A model generated the notes under the pieces. It saw only the letters and a program-made list of their open reading frames with translations, was not told where the DNA came from and did not search any database. A DNA stretch of 64,000 nt, from NCBI GenBank assembly GCA_963707915.1, contig OY970178.1:1792001-1856000 (forward strand), read 5' to 3'. The translations under genes and the position numbers were made by a program. The stretch comes from Candidatus Eiseniibacteriota bacterium. GTDB lineage: Bacteria > Eisenbacteria > RBG-16-71-46. Of this stretch, positions 29,553 to 39,913 are shown in pieces (position 1 is the first letter of the stretch; every line of letters starts with the position of its first letter).

Positions 29553-29847
29553 ATGCGACACGCCCACTTCGAATCCGACGAGCTGCGGGAGTACGTCGCC
29601 GCCCGGGGCGGGACGCTGCGCGTCTCGCTCCAGGCGATCATGCACGGCTGATGAAGGGTCGAGCGCGGCCCGGTCGGGTCGCTCGAGATGCCGCAGGACC
29701 CCGCCGGGCATGAGCGCCTGGACGCCGGCGGGATCGCGCTCTACGTCGCAGCGGGATGTGCTCGCGGCTCTCGCGGATCCCGCCCGGGTGAGCTTCGCGT
29801 TCGGCCGCTTCGGCCGCTGCTCCATCCGCCTCGGCGCCGGCGCCTGA
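29553..29847 (+). CDS. Candidate small selenoprotein with tandem Sec-Sec (HesB-like / CC-Se-motif type); one frameshift near 29750
   Basis: MRHAHFESDELREYVAARGGTLRVSLQAIMHG-TGA-TGA-RVERGPVGSLEMPQDPAGHERLDAGGIALYV, continuing RDVLAALADPARVSFAFGRFGRCSIRL in the +1 frame; SECIS-like hairpin follows. Confidence 0.65.
29659..29686 (+). promoter_or_regulatory. Candidate bacterial SECIS element
   Basis: TCGAG-CG-CGGCCC-GGTC-GGGTCG-CTCGA; GGUC apical loop; upper stem starts 11 nt after the second TGA. Confidence 0.65.
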
Positions 29848-29905
29848 GGCTCCGGCCGCCGGGCGTCGCGACGCAGGCGGTCGCGGAATCGCGCGCGCGG
29901 CCGGC

Positions 29906-30291
29906 TCAGCGGGCGCCTCCGGAGCCGGCCCGTCGGCCGGGCCGCGGTAGCGCTCGCGGAGCCGACCGGTCTCGAGCAGCGCCGCGCCCAGCAGCGCCAG
30001 CAGCGCCACGCCGCCCAGGATCGCGGCCAGTCGCCCCCAGGGCTCGCCCGCGGCGCGCCGAGCGGGCAGCAACTCGGCCAGCGTGCGCATCCACTCGAGC
30101 GCGCCCGCGACCAGCGCGAGCTGCGCCAGGCGCGCGGCCCACCGCCGGCGCACGAGGAGCAGGCCGAGCAGCGCGACGCAGGCGACCACCCACCCGAGCT
30201 CGCCCCGCCGCAGGAAGTGCGCGCCCAGCACGAGCGCGCTCAGGCCCGCGGGCAGCAGCAGCAGGAAGCCGCGCGTGCCGGCCGCCCTCAT
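29906..30291 (-). CDS. Small membrane protein (3' end uncertain; as read, the frame runs to 29638)
   Basis: Hydrophobic LSALVLGAHFLRRG...EW...GEPWGRLAAILGGV; start overlaps the MBL gene stop. Confidence 0.6.
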
Positions 30292-31220
30292 CGCGCCTTC
30301 CCCGCGGGGTCCGTCCGGGCCAGGTCCGCGTAGACCACCCGCAGGAACCGGTCCGGCTTCATGAAGCCCCCGCCCCAGGCGTCGTCCAGGTCGGCGAGCG
30401 GCTTCGCCGCCAGCACCTGCTCGAGCGTGCGGCCCTCCGCGACGAGCTTCGCCACGCGATCGCGCACGGTCACGAGCATGTCGCGGAAGCGCAGCATCGC
30501 CGCGCGGTCGGCGAGCGGGCCGTGCCCGGGGACGACCCGGGTGGCGGGGCCGACGAGCGTCAGCAGCCGCTCGAGCGAGTGGACCATGCCGCCGATCGAG
30601 CCCCCCGCTCCGACGTCGATCACCGGGTAGGTGCCGTTGAAGAGCAGGTCGCCCGTGTGCAGGACGTCCACGGCGGGCACCCACACGACGGCGTCGCCGT
30701 CGGTGTGGCCGGGCGGCAGGTGGAAGACGCGGAGGTCGGGCCCGCCGAGGTGGAAGGTGAGCGAGTCGGCGAAGGTCAGTACGGGCAGCGCCCCCGCGGT
30801 CGCCGCCTTCGTGCTCTCCCTGGGGGTCATGTTGAACCGGCCCGCGTCCATGCGGCGCCGCGTGTTCGCCTGCGCCACGATGGCCGCGCCTGCGGCGGCC
30901 ATGGCCGAGTCCCCGCTGACGTGGTCGCCGTGGTAGTGCGTGTTGACGACGAAGCGCAGCCGGCCGCCGCCGGAGAGCGAGTCCGCTGCGGCGCGGATCC
31001 TCGCCGCGAGCTGCCCGTACTGGGAATCCACCAGCAGCACACCGTCCGGTCCCGCGCAGACCAGCAGGTTCCCGCCGGCCCCGCTGAGCATCCAGAAGCC
31101 GTCGGCGAGCCGCTCCGGCCGGATGACGACCTGCTCCCAGTCACGCTGGGCGTGCGCGGCCGAAGCGGCGGCCAGGGCGAGGCCGGCGAGCAGGACGAGG
31201 AAACGCGTGAAGCGTCCCAT
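30288..31220 (-). CDS. Secreted MBL-fold metallo-hydrolase (cyclase-like)
   Basis: Signal peptide; NTHYHGDH, GHTDGD, HTGDL, VPGHG. Confidence 0.9.
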   Translation of the reverse strand: MGRFTRFLVLLAGLALAAASAAHAQRDWEQVVIRPERLADGFWMLSGAGGNLLVCAGPDGVLLVDSQYGQLAARIRAAADSLSGGGRLRFVVNTHYHGDHVSGDSAMAAAGAAIVAQANTRRRMDAGRFNMTPRESTKAATAGALPVLTFADSLTFHLGGPDLRVFHLPPGHTDGDAVVWVPAVDVLHTGDLLFNGTYPVIDVGAGGSIGGMVHSLERLLTLVGPATRVVPGHGPLADRAAMLRFRDMLVTVRDRVAKLVAEGRTLEQVLAAKPLADLDDAWGGGFMKPDRFLRVVYADLARTDPAGKAR

Positions 31221-31233
31221 CGGGGCCTTCGCG

Positions 31234-31473
31234 TCACGCCCCGGGCTTGGGGGCGGGCGGTTCGAGGTCGAAGGCGGCGACTTCCGAGCGGAACCCACAG
31301 GTCTTGTGGGCCCCGTCGCAGAACGGCTTCTTCTGCGAGTGGCCGCAGCGGCACAGGCTCGCGTGCGGACGGCCCGCAAGGCCGAAGGCGCGGCCTTCCG
31401 AGTCCACGATCTCGAAGTCGCCTTCGACCCGCAGGGAGCTGTCGTTCTTCACCGTGATTCGGGCGGCTGCCAT
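31234..31473 (-). CDS. CDGSH iron-sulfur domain protein
   Basis: LCRCGHSQKKPFCDGAH. Confidence 0.88.
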   Translation of the reverse strand: MAAARITVKNDSSLRVEGDFEIVDSEGRAFGLAGRPHASLCRCGHSQKKPFCDGAHKTCGFRSEVAAFDLEPPAPKPGA

Positions 31474-31774
31474 CCGTTCCTCCAGGTTTCCGCGCGGGAC
31501 CCCGCGTTCCCCGGGCCAGTTCGGCATCCACCCGGCCCGGAGCGCGTACCCGCTTGGGACGCAGCCACTTTAGCCCGACCCGTTCCCGTACCGCCAGCCG
31601 GGGTACGGGCGGTCGCGGTGGCGGCGGACCGGCCCGGCCGGCGGCGGCCGGGTGCCGCGCAACCGGGCGCGGGCCCGGCCCGTACTAGGATGCAGGTGAG
31701 TCGCGCCCCGGAGGCGAGCACCCGACTGGGAGACGGCCGGGCCGATCCCCGGGACGCAAGTGGAGGGCAGGGAG

Positions 31775-32086
31775 ATGTTCGAGTTGCTGGCGCTGGGGTT
31801 CGCGGCGTTCGTGGTCTTCGCGGTCGTCAGCGCGCTGCTGGGCGTCGCCGCGCTGGTCTTCTGGGTGGTGCTCCTCCCGTTCCGGCTGCTCGGCTTCGCG
31901 TTCAAGGCCCTGGGGGCGCTGCTCTTCCTGCCCGTCCTGTTCGTCGGGGGGCTGGTGATCGCGGCGCTGGTCGGGATCCCGCTGCTGCTCGTCGCGCTGC
32001 TGCCCGCACTGCCGGTCGCCCTGCTGGTCGCGGCCATCTGGTGGCTCAGCCGTCGCGGCTTCCACCGGGCGGCCGCCATCCGCTAG
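31775..32086 (+). CDS. Small hydrophobic membrane protein
   Basis: Almost entirely hydrophobic; GGAG RBS. Confidence 0.65.
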   Translation: MFELLALGFAAFVVFAVVSALLGVAALVFWVVLLPFRLLGFAFKALGALLFLPVLFVGGLVIAALVGIPLLLVALLPALPVALLVAAIWWLSRRGFHRAAAIR

Positions 32087-32251
32087 GCGCCGGTCCGAGG
32101 ATTCGAGCCGAGGCCGATCTCGGCACGAGCTGCCCAGGGCGATCCGAGATCGTCGGTCCCGGGGCGTCCGCCGTCGCGCCGGATGCTCCCGGAGAACCCA
32201 CCTCGTCGGAGGCGTTCGGCGCGGGCGCGGCGGCTGCGCTATGCTCCCGGC

Positions 32252-33400
32252 ATGGACGAGTCAGGCACTCCGCCGTCGGACCCGTCGACGAAGTCCGACG
32301 CACCGGAACCCGCAGCCGCCCCGGAGCCCGACACCCCGCTGCCCACCGCCGGGACGACCCCCGCGGGCGCATCGCCGGAACCCGCGCCGGGCGAAGCTGC
32401 CGGGCATGGCACGCCGCCACCGGTTGGGCCGGCCCGACCACCCGCCGCCCTCGCGACGGCCACCCCGCCCACCGCGGCGCAGGTCGCGGCCGCCGCCCAT
32501 CGCGCCAGGGCGGACACGGAGCGGAAGCGCCGCGCGTGGGAGGCGCGCCGCCACCAGTCGGCCGAGGCGCGCCAGGCCATCGAGGGGCAGCTGCAGGAGG
32601 CGGAGCGACTTGCGCAGGGCACCGCGGGCCTTCGCAAGGCGGAGGGGCTGCTGAGCAGGGTCCGCACCGCGCTGGACGACGAGCGGCCGGATTCCCCCAG
32701 CCGGTTCCTCGTCGGCCCCGACCGCCGCGCGTGCTGGGACCTCTGGCGGCGGGTCCGCAGCACGGTGAAACAGGCGCGTGGACGACAGCAGGAACTGGAC
32801 CTCCGGGCCCTTTCCGATCCGATCGCCGAGACGGCCGAGTGCGCGCGCAGCGGCGACGCCTTCGAGGCCTTGAGACGGGTGAAGGAACTGCAGGCCCGTC
32901 TCGGCCACGCCGGCCTCGAGCGTGGCCAGTTCGAGGAACTGCGCCGTCGCCTGTCGGAGGCCTGGCAGGCCGCGCAGACCCGCGTCACCGCGGAGCGCCG
33001 GGAGCGCTCGGCCCACCGCGAGGAATGGCGCGCCCGCATGGAAGGCCACCTCGCGCGCTGGCGCGGGACGATCGAGCAAAAGCGGGGACAACGCGAGCAC
33101 CTGCTGCAGCAGGGAGCCAAGCTCGAGGGCATGCAGAAGGACGCGCGCTCCGAGGACTTCGCGGTCAAGGTGCGGGGCTGGCTGCAGGAGAACGCGGAGA
33201 AGCTGCACCGCACCGAGGCGTCCATCGCCGAGCTCGAGGAGCGGGTCCGCACCACCGTGAAGCGGCTCGGCGGGCGCTCCGCCGGGGCGGGCGCGGGCGG
33301 AGTTCGAGCGACGGAGCCACCGCGAGCGCCGGACCCGCAGGGCGGGTCATCGCCCGGGCCCGAAGGCCACGTTCCTCCCGATCCGATCGAGGCTTCCTGA
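32252..33400 (+). CDS. Hypothetical helical/coiled-coil protein with low-complexity termini
   Basis: Long ORF with GC-skewed codon use; repeated helical units (DRRACWDLW, QFEELRRRLSEAW) reminiscent of DUF349-like repeats. Confidence 0.6.
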   Translation: MDESGTPPSDPSTKSDAPEPAAAPEPDTPLPTAGTTPAGASPEPAPGEAAGHGTPPPVGPARPPAALATATPPTAAQVAAAAHRARADTERKRRAWEARRHQSAEARQAIEGQLQEAERLAQGTAGLRKAEGLLSRVRTALDDERPDSPSRFLVGPDRRACWDLWRRVRSTVKQARGRQQELDLRALSDPIAETAECARSGDAFEALRRVKELQARLGHAGLERGQFEELRRRLSEAWQAAQTRVTAERRERSAHREEWRARMEGHLARWRGTIEQKRGQREHLLQQGAKLEGMQKDARSEDFAVKVRGWLQENAEKLHRTEASIAELEERVRTTVKRLGGRSAGAGAGGVRATEPPRAPDPQGGSSPGPEGHVPPDPIEAS

Positions 33401-33517
33401 CGCCGGAGGACGGCGGGGCGGGCCGCGCGCCCGTCGCCTTGCGCGCGCCCCCGCCATCCCGCATCCTGTCCCGCCGCGTTCCCCGACGGATCTCCCCGGC
33501 CCCTCCACCTGCGAGGC

Positions 33518-35201
33518 ATGATGTCGCCCGATTTCATCTACACCATGAAGGACCTCCACAAGGTAGTCCCTCCCAAGCGCGAGATCCTCAAGGGGATCTG
33601 GCTCTCGTTCTTCGACGGCGCCAAGATCGGCGTGCTCGGGCTGAACGGCGCGGGCAAGAGCTCGCTGCTGCGCATCATGGCGGGCGAGGACCCCGACTTC
33701 ATCGGCGAGGCCTTCCTGGGCAAGGGCTACACGGTCGGCTTCCTGCCGCAGGAGCCCCGGCTCGACCCGGCCAAGAGCGTGCTCGAGAACGTCCAGGAGG
33801 GCGTGGCCGATAAGATGGCCGTCGTGCGCCGCTGGAACGAGATCAGCGCGCGGTTCGCCGAGCCGCTGGACGACGACGAGATGACGAAGCTGCTCGACGA
33901 GCAGGCCAGGGTCCAGGACCGGATGGACGCCGGCAACCTGTGGGAACTGGAGCGCCACCTCGAGATCGCCATGGACGCGCTGCGCTGCCCGCCCGCCGAG
34001 CAGGACGTGACGACCCTCTCGGGCGGCGAGCGCCGCCGCGTCGCGTTGTGCCGGCTGCTCCTGCAGCAGCCGGACCTGCTGCTGCTGGACGAGCCCACCA
34101 ACCACCTCGATGCCGAGTCGGTGGCCTGGCTCGAGCGCTTCCTCAAGGAGTACGCCGGCACGGTCGTCGCCGTGACCCACGACCGCTACTTCCTCGACAA
34201 CGTGGCGGGCTGGATCCTGGAGCTGGACCGCGGCGCGGGCATCCCCTGGGAGGGCAACTACAGCTCGTGGCTCGACCAGAAACGCAAGCGCCTCGCGGTC
34301 GAGGAGAAGCAGGAGAGCGCGCGCCAGCGCACGCTCCAGCGCGAGCTCGAGTGGGTGCACATGGCCGCGCGCGCCCGGCAGGCCAAGGGCAAGGCCCGTC
34401 TCGCCGCCTACGAGAAGATGCTGGCCGAGGAGGACCGCGAGAAGCTCGAGAACATCGAGATCTACATCCCGCCCGGCCCGCGCCTGGGCAACGTGGTCAT
34501 CGAGGCCGATCACCTGCGCAAGGGCTACGGCGACAACCTGCTGATCGAGGACCTGTCGTTCAAGCTCCCGCCCGCGGGCATCGTCGGCGTGATCGGCCCG
34601 AACGGCGCCGGCAAGACCACGCTCTTCCGCATGATCACCGGCCAGGAGCAGCCCGACGGCGGCACGCTGCGCATCGGCGAGACCGTGAGCCTGGCCTACG
34701 TGGACCAGAGCCGCGACGTGCTGCCGCCCGACGCGAACGTCTGGGAGGCCATCTCGGACGGGAAGGACACCATCGAGCTGGGCAAGCGCTCGATGAACTC
34801 GCGCTCCTACGTGGCCTCGTTCAACTTCAAGGGCTCCGACCAGCAGAAGCGCGTCAAGGACCTCTCGGGCGGCGAGCGCAACCGCGTGCACCTGGCGCGC
34901 ATCCTCAAGAGCGGCGCGAACGTCCTGCTTGCTGGACGAGCCCACCAACGACCTCGACGTGGACACGCTGCGGGCGCTCGAGGAGGCGCTGCTCGAGTTC
35001 GCCGGTTGCGTCGTGGTCATCTCCCACGACCGCTGGTTCCTGGACCGCATCGCCACCCACATGCTGGCCTTCGAGGGCGACAGCCAGGTGGTGTCCTTCG
35101 AGGGCAACTACGCCGACTACGAGAAGGTGCGCCACGAGCGGCTCGGCCGCGAGGCCGACCAGCCGCACCGCATCCGGTACCGGAGGCTCGCCCGGGGCTA
35201 G
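33518..35201 (+). CDS. ettA: Energy-dependent translational throttle EttA (ABC-F); 1-base frameshift at ~34929
   Basis: [44 protein letters not shown]-terminus [20 protein letters not shown]...HRIRYRRL in the shifted frame. Confidence 0.92.
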
Positions 35202-35347
35202 CGCGCCCGCAAGTCCGCTGCCCGCGGGCGATTCCCGGACTCAAACCATCGTTGGATTCCCCGCCTCGCTGGGGCTATGATGGAGCTGGCGTCGTCCTCC
35301 TCCCGGCCGACGGACGCGCCCGGCGTGCAATCGAAGGATGTCCCCCC

Positions 35348-36910
35348 ATGCTCGTCCCAGCTCGCGCGGTGCTCGCGTGTCTGGCCGCGTTGTTGGTCGT
35401 GGCGGAGCCGCCTGCCGTGCGGGCGGAGGCCGCCTACGGCTCGGCGCTGCCCCGCTTCGCGCTGTTCGGCTGGGTGGGCCCGCCGCGCGAATCGACGACC
35501 GTGGCGCGCTACCAGGAACTGGCGGCCACGGGGTTCAACGTGACGCTGCCGGTGCTGGGCGAGACCGGGACGCTGGCGGACAACGCGCTGCGGCTCGACG
35601 TGACCCGCCCGCTCGGGGTCCGGAACCTCCTCCTCGACAACGACCTCGACAGCGTCTTCGTGGAGGAGCCCGCCTCGCTCGAGCTCGCGGACAGCATCGT
35701 CGCCCGCTACCAGGACGATCCCGCCTTCCTCGGCTACTACCTCGGCGACGAGCCTTCCGCCGCCGATTTCCCGCGGCTGGGAGAGTGGTTCGAGATCCTG
35801 CGCCAGCGCGACCCGGCCCACCCGGCCTGGAACAGCCTGCAGCCGCGATGGGCGTTCCGCACCCGCGCCGACTTCGACCAGCACGTGCACCAGTACGTGC
35901 AGGCGACGCGCCCCGCGGTGCTGTGCAACAACCAGTACGACTTCCTGCTGCGGGGCGACTCGCATCTGCTGACCGAGAACATCGCCACGCTCGGCGCGGT
36001 CGCACGGGAGAACGGGCTGCCGTTCTGGGGGATCGTCCAGTTGACGGAGCACTGGCGGTACCGCGGCGTCACCGACGGCATGCTGCGCTGGCAGGTCGCG
36101 CAGTGGCTCGCCTGGGGCGCCACCGGCATCGGCTACTTCACCTACTGGACCCCCCCGTCCGACGCCTGGACCCAGTGGAAGCCGGCGATGATCGAATGGG
36201 CCACGGGCCAGCGCACGCCCAACTACGACCGGGTGACCGCGCTGAACGCGCGCCTGGTGCCGCTCGGCAACAAGCTGGCCGGCATGCGGTACCTCACCAC
36301 CTCGTACTCGGGCTCGGTGCCCCCCGGTGGCGTGCCGTTCGCGCCCGACTCGGTGCTCGCCGCCGTCACGGGCCGCGCGACGCTGGGCCGGTTCGCGGAC
36401 TCGACGTTCTCGGCGCTCCTGTTCGTCGCCAATTCCGACTCCCTGCTGCCGCGTGCCATCACGCTCACGTTCACGGCCGGCTGCCTGCCGTTGCAGATGC
36501 GGCCCGACGGCTCGGCGTGGGATGCGCTCCCGGTGGACGCGGAGGGTCGCGTGACGCTCGAACTCGACGCCGGCGACTTCACGCTGCTGCAGATCCCGGT
36601 CCCCGAGCGCCTGGCGTCGGTGGTCCCGCGGCCGGGCACCGCCAGGCTGAGCCTGCGGAACACGCCGAATCCGGCGAGCGGCCTGGTCCGCTTCGATGCG
36701 ACCGGCACGTCCGGCCCCGCGCGGCTCGAGGTGCTGGATCTCTCCGGGCGCGTGGTCTGGTCGCGCGCGCTCGCATCGGGTGATGGCGCTGTGACCTGGC
36801 GGGGCGAACGCGAGCGCACCGGCCACGTGGCGGCCGGCATCTACTTCGCGCGGCTGCTGGACGCCCGCGGGAGCGTGGTGCGCCGCTTCGCCTGGCTGGG
36901 TCCGCGCTGA
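35348..36910 (+). CDS. Secreted glycoside-hydrolase-like TIM-barrel protein with C-terminal FlgD/T9SS-like Ig domain
   Basis: Signal peptide; [17 protein letters not shown]-terminal [32 protein letters not shown]. Confidence 0.7.
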   Translation: MLVPARAVLACLAALLVVAEPPAVRAEAAYGSALPRFALFGWVGPPRESTTVARYQELAATGFNVTLPVLGETGTLADNALRLDVTRPLGVRNLLLDNDLDSVFVEEPASLELADSIVARYQDDPAFLGYYLGDEPSAADFPRLGEWFEILRQRDPAHPAWNSLQPRWAFRTRADFDQHVHQYVQATRPAVLCNNQYDFLLRGDSHLLTENIATLGAVARENGLPFWGIVQLTEHWRYRGVTDGMLRWQVAQWLAWGATGIGYFTYWTPPSDAWTQWKPAMIEWATGQRTPNYDRVTALNARLVPLGNKLAGMRYLTTSYSGSVPPGGVPFAPDSVLAAVTGRATLGRFADSTFSALLFVANSDSLLPRAITLTFTAGCLPLQMRPDGSAWDALPVDAEGRVTLELDAGDFTLLQIPVPERLASVVPRPGTARLSLRNTPNPASGLVRFDATGTSGPARLEVLDLSGRVVWSRALASGDGAVTWRGERERTGHVAAGIYFARLLDARGSVVRRFAWLGPR

Positions 36911-36984
36911 CGTCGCGGGCCGCCGGACGACGGGACGGCCTCGAGCGGTTGACGCTCCGCGCGGCCCTCCCTACTCTTCGCGAC

Positions 36985-38241
36985 ATGCCTCCCGTCCGCT
37001 TCGACGGCGCGCTCCCGGAGCGCCGTCCGACCGTCAGTTGCCGCGTGGGCGGCGTGCTCCTCGGCTCGGCGCACCCGGTGGTCGTGCAGTCGATGACCAA
37101 CACCGACACCGCCGACGCGGAGGCCACCGCCCGGCAGGCCGCCGAGCTCGCCGCCGCCGGCTCGGAGCTGGTCCGCATCACGGTCAACACGCGCGAGGCC
37201 GCGGCCGCCGTGCCCGGGATCCGCAGGCGCCTCGACGAGGCGGGCGAGCACGTGCCGCTGGTCGGCGACTTCCACTACAACGGGCACCAGCTCCTCGCGG
37301 AGTACCCGGAGTGCGCCCGCGCGCTGGACAAGTACCGCATCAACCCCGGCAACGTGGGCGTGGGCGACCGGCACGACGAGAACTTTCGCCGCATGATCGA
37401 GGCGGCGATCGAGCACGACCGGCCGGTGCGCATCGGGGTGAACTGGGGCTCGCTCGACCGCGCGCTGCTCACCGCGCTCATGGACGCGAACGCCGCCCGG
37501 CCGGTACCGCGTCCCGAGCGCGAGGTCATGCGGGAGGCCATCCGCGAGAGCGCCCTGCGCTCGGCCGAGCTGGCCGAGCGTTGCGGCCTCCCCCACGACC
37601 GCATCGTGCTCTCCGCCAAGGTGAGCGAAGTGGGCGACCTGGTCGCGGTCAATCGCGCGCTCGGCGCGGCCTGCGACTACCCCCTGCACCTCGGGCTGAC
37701 CGAGGCGGGGCCCGGCATCAAGGGCACGGTGGCGAGCGCCGCCGCGCTCTCGATCCTGCTCGCCGAGGGCATCGGCGACACCATCCGCGCGAGCCTCACC
37801 CCCACGCCGGGCGGAGACCGCGCCGACGAGGTGCGGATCTGCCAGCAGGTGCTCCAGTCACTCGGGATCCGCCGTTTCACCCCGCAGGTCAGCTCGTGCC
37901 CGGGCTGCGGCCGCACCACCAGCCTGGCCTTCCAGGAGCTGGCCGCGCGCATCAGCGCGCACCTCCACGCCCGCATCCCGCTCTGGCGCGCCACCTACCC
38001 GGGCGTCGAGACCCTGCGCGTCGCGGTGATGGGCTGCGTGGTCAACGGCCCCGGCGAGAGCCGGCACGCCGACATCGGCATCTCGCTGCCCGGCACGGCG
38101 GAGGACCCGCACGCGCCGGTCTTCGTGGACGGGAAGCTCGCGGCCACGCTCCAGGGCGGGCGCATCGCCGAGGACTTCGTGCGCATGCTCGACGAGTACG
38201 TCGAGCGGAGGTTCGGGGCGGGGGCGCAGGCCCGCGGCTGA
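36985..38241 (+). CDS. ispG: HMBPP synthase IspG
   Basis: [51 protein letters not shown]. Confidence 0.95.
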   Translation: MPPVRFDGALPERRPTVSCRVGGVLLGSAHPVVVQSMTNTDTADAEATARQAAELAAAGSELVRITVNTREAAAAVPGIRRRLDEAGEHVPLVGDFHYNGHQLLAEYPECARALDKYRINPGNVGVGDRHDENFRRMIEAAIEHDRPVRIGVNWGSLDRALLTALMDANAARPVPRPEREVMREAIRESALRSAELAERCGLPHDRIVLSAKVSEVGDLVAVNRALGAACDYPLHLGLTEAGPGIKGTVASAAALSILLAEGIGDTIRASLTPTPGGDRADEVRICQQVLQSLGIRRFTPQVSSCPGCGRTTSLAFQELAARISAHLHARIPLWRATYPGVETLRVAVMGCVVNGPGESRHADIGISLPGTAEDPHAPVFVDGKLAATLQGGRIAEDFVRMLDEYVERRFGAGAQARG

Positions 38242-38307
38242 GGCGGGCGTCCACCGGGTGACCGTCGACCGCGCCGGCAACGGGTCCGGCGCAGAACGGA
38301 GGCCAGG

Positions 38308-38643
38308 ATGAAGAAGCCGGCGATCGCGCTCCTCCTCGGGGTCGTCTCCTTCCTGCTGATGATGTTCGTCGGCGAAGCGTGGGGGCTCCCCGCGGCGTTC
38401 GCCACGCTGGCGGGCTACTTCTTCGTCTGCCAGCTCCTGCTGTCGCGGGGCAACCGCCACGCGTTGCGCACGGACACGGGCGTCATGCTGGCCCTGGGCG
38501 CCGTTCCGCTCGCGGTCGTCGTCCTGATGGCCTTCGCGGAGCGGCGGGACGTGCTCCTCACCCAGGGCGTCGGAGTCCTGCTCTCCACCGCCGCGGGCAT
38601 CGTCGCGGGAGCGTTCGCGGCATCGCGGACGGCGCGCCGGTAG
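38308..38643 (+). CDS. Small membrane protein
   Basis: Four hydrophobic segments; GGAGG RBS. Confidence 0.65.
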   Translation: MKKPAIALLLGVVSFLLMMFVGEAWGLPAAFATLAGYFFVCQLLLSRGNRHALRTDTGVMLALGAVPLAVVVLMAFAERRDVLLTQGVGVLLSTAAGIVAGAFAASRTARR

Positions 38644-38661
38644 CCACCCCGCGGCATCCGG

Positions 38662-39909
38662 TCAGCGCGCCGGCGGCCCGACCCAGAGCAGCCAGCCCAG
38701 GCCGAACGCCAGCGTGGCCAGCGTCAACGGCACGCCGATGCGCGCGTAGGCCCAGAACCCCACCCGGGCGCGGCCCCGGGACTGCTCGACCACGATCAGG
38801 TTCGCGACCGAGCCCACCAGCGTGAGGTTGCCCGCCAGCGTGCTGGCCATCGCGAGCACCAGCCAGGCCCGCTCGGGATCGGCGAACCGGCTCACCCAGC
38901 CGCGCAGCACCAGCACCGCCGGCACGTTGCTCACGACGTTGCTCAGCACGGTGGTCACCCCGGCGAGCGCGAGCTGCGAGTGGTGGGCGGCGGCCGGCAG
39001 GGCCGACAGCCAGCGGGCGGTCAGGCCCGCGCGCTCCACGCCCTCCACCACCACGAACAGCCCGGCGAACATCGTGAGCAGCGACCAGTCCACCTCGGCG
39101 TACACCGTCGCGGGGTCGATCCGGCGCGTGATCAGCAGCGCGGAGGCCGCGAGCAGCGCGGCGAGGCTGGGGGTCACCCCGGCGAGTAGCGCGACCAGGA
39201 GCAGTCCGGTCACGATCAGCGACTTGACGAGCAGGGCGCGGTCCACCGGGGCCGCGGGCGCCGGAGCGTCTTCGAACGCGGGTCCGTCCAGCTCACGGCG
39301 GAACGACCACGCGAGCCAGGCGCTGGCGAGCACCAGCCCCGCCAGGGCCACCGGGACCAGCGCCAGCGAGAAGCGCGCGTAGGAGATCCCCGAGAAGCTC
39401 GCCACCAGCATGTTCTGGGGGTTGCCCACGATCGTGGCGACGCTCCCGACGTTCGAGCCCATCGCCACGGCGAGCAGGAACGGCAGCGGCGGCCGGCGCA
39501 GGGCCGCCGCGGTCTCGAGCGCCAGGGGCGTCAGCAGGATGCAGGCGGTGTCGTTGACGAACAGCGCCGAGATCCCGCCCGCGAGCCAGACCAGCAGCAC
39601 GAGGACGCGCCGCGGCGCGTGGGCCCGGCCCACCGCGCGGGCGTCGAGCCGGGTGAAGAACCCCGCCCGCTTGAGGTGCGCCACCACGATCATCATGCCG
39701 AACAGGAGCGCCAGGGTGTGGAAGTCGATCGCGGCGACCGCCTCGTGCGGGGTGAGCACGCCGAGGCCGATCATCGCGGTGGCCCCGATCAGCGTCGCGC
39801 CGGTGCGGTCGATGCGCAGCGGCGGCAGGGAACCGAACCCGAGGACCGCGTAGGTGAGCGCGAAGACGACCAGCGCCGCGCGGGCGGGGTCGGCCGCGAA
39901 GGGACCCAC
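38662..39909 (-). CDS. ArsB/NhaD (IT superfamily) anion transporter
   Basis: ALFVNDT, SNVGSVATIVGNPQN, SNVVSNVP, STLAGNLTLVGSVANLIV. Confidence 0.85.
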   Translation of the reverse strand: MGPFAADPARAALVVFALTYAVLGFGSLPPLRIDRTGATLIGATAMIGLGVLTPHEAVAAIDFHTLALLFGMMIVVAHLKRAGFFTRLDARAVGRAHAPRRVLVLLVWLAGGISALFVNDTACILLTPLALETAAALRRPPLPFLLAVAMGSNVGSVATIVGNPQNMLVASFSGISYARFSLALVPVALAGLVLASAWLAWSFRRELDGPAFEDAPAPAAPVDRALLVKSLIVTGLLLVALLAGVTPSLAALLAASALLITRRIDPATVYAEVDWSLLTMFAGLFVVVEGVERAGLTARWLSALPAAAHHSQLALAGVTTVLSNVVSNVPAVLVLRGWVSRFADPERAWLVLAMASTLAGNLTLVGSVANLIVVEQSRGRARVGFWAYARIGVPLTLATLAFGLGWLLWVGPPAR

Positions 39910-39913
39910 GCCG

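Noticed and set aside
33518..36910. 1130-aa EttA-glycoside hydrolase fusion in the ORF track
   Set aside because: One extra base at ~34929 shifts ettA out of frame; the true C-terminus ends at 35201 and the next gene has its own signal peptide.
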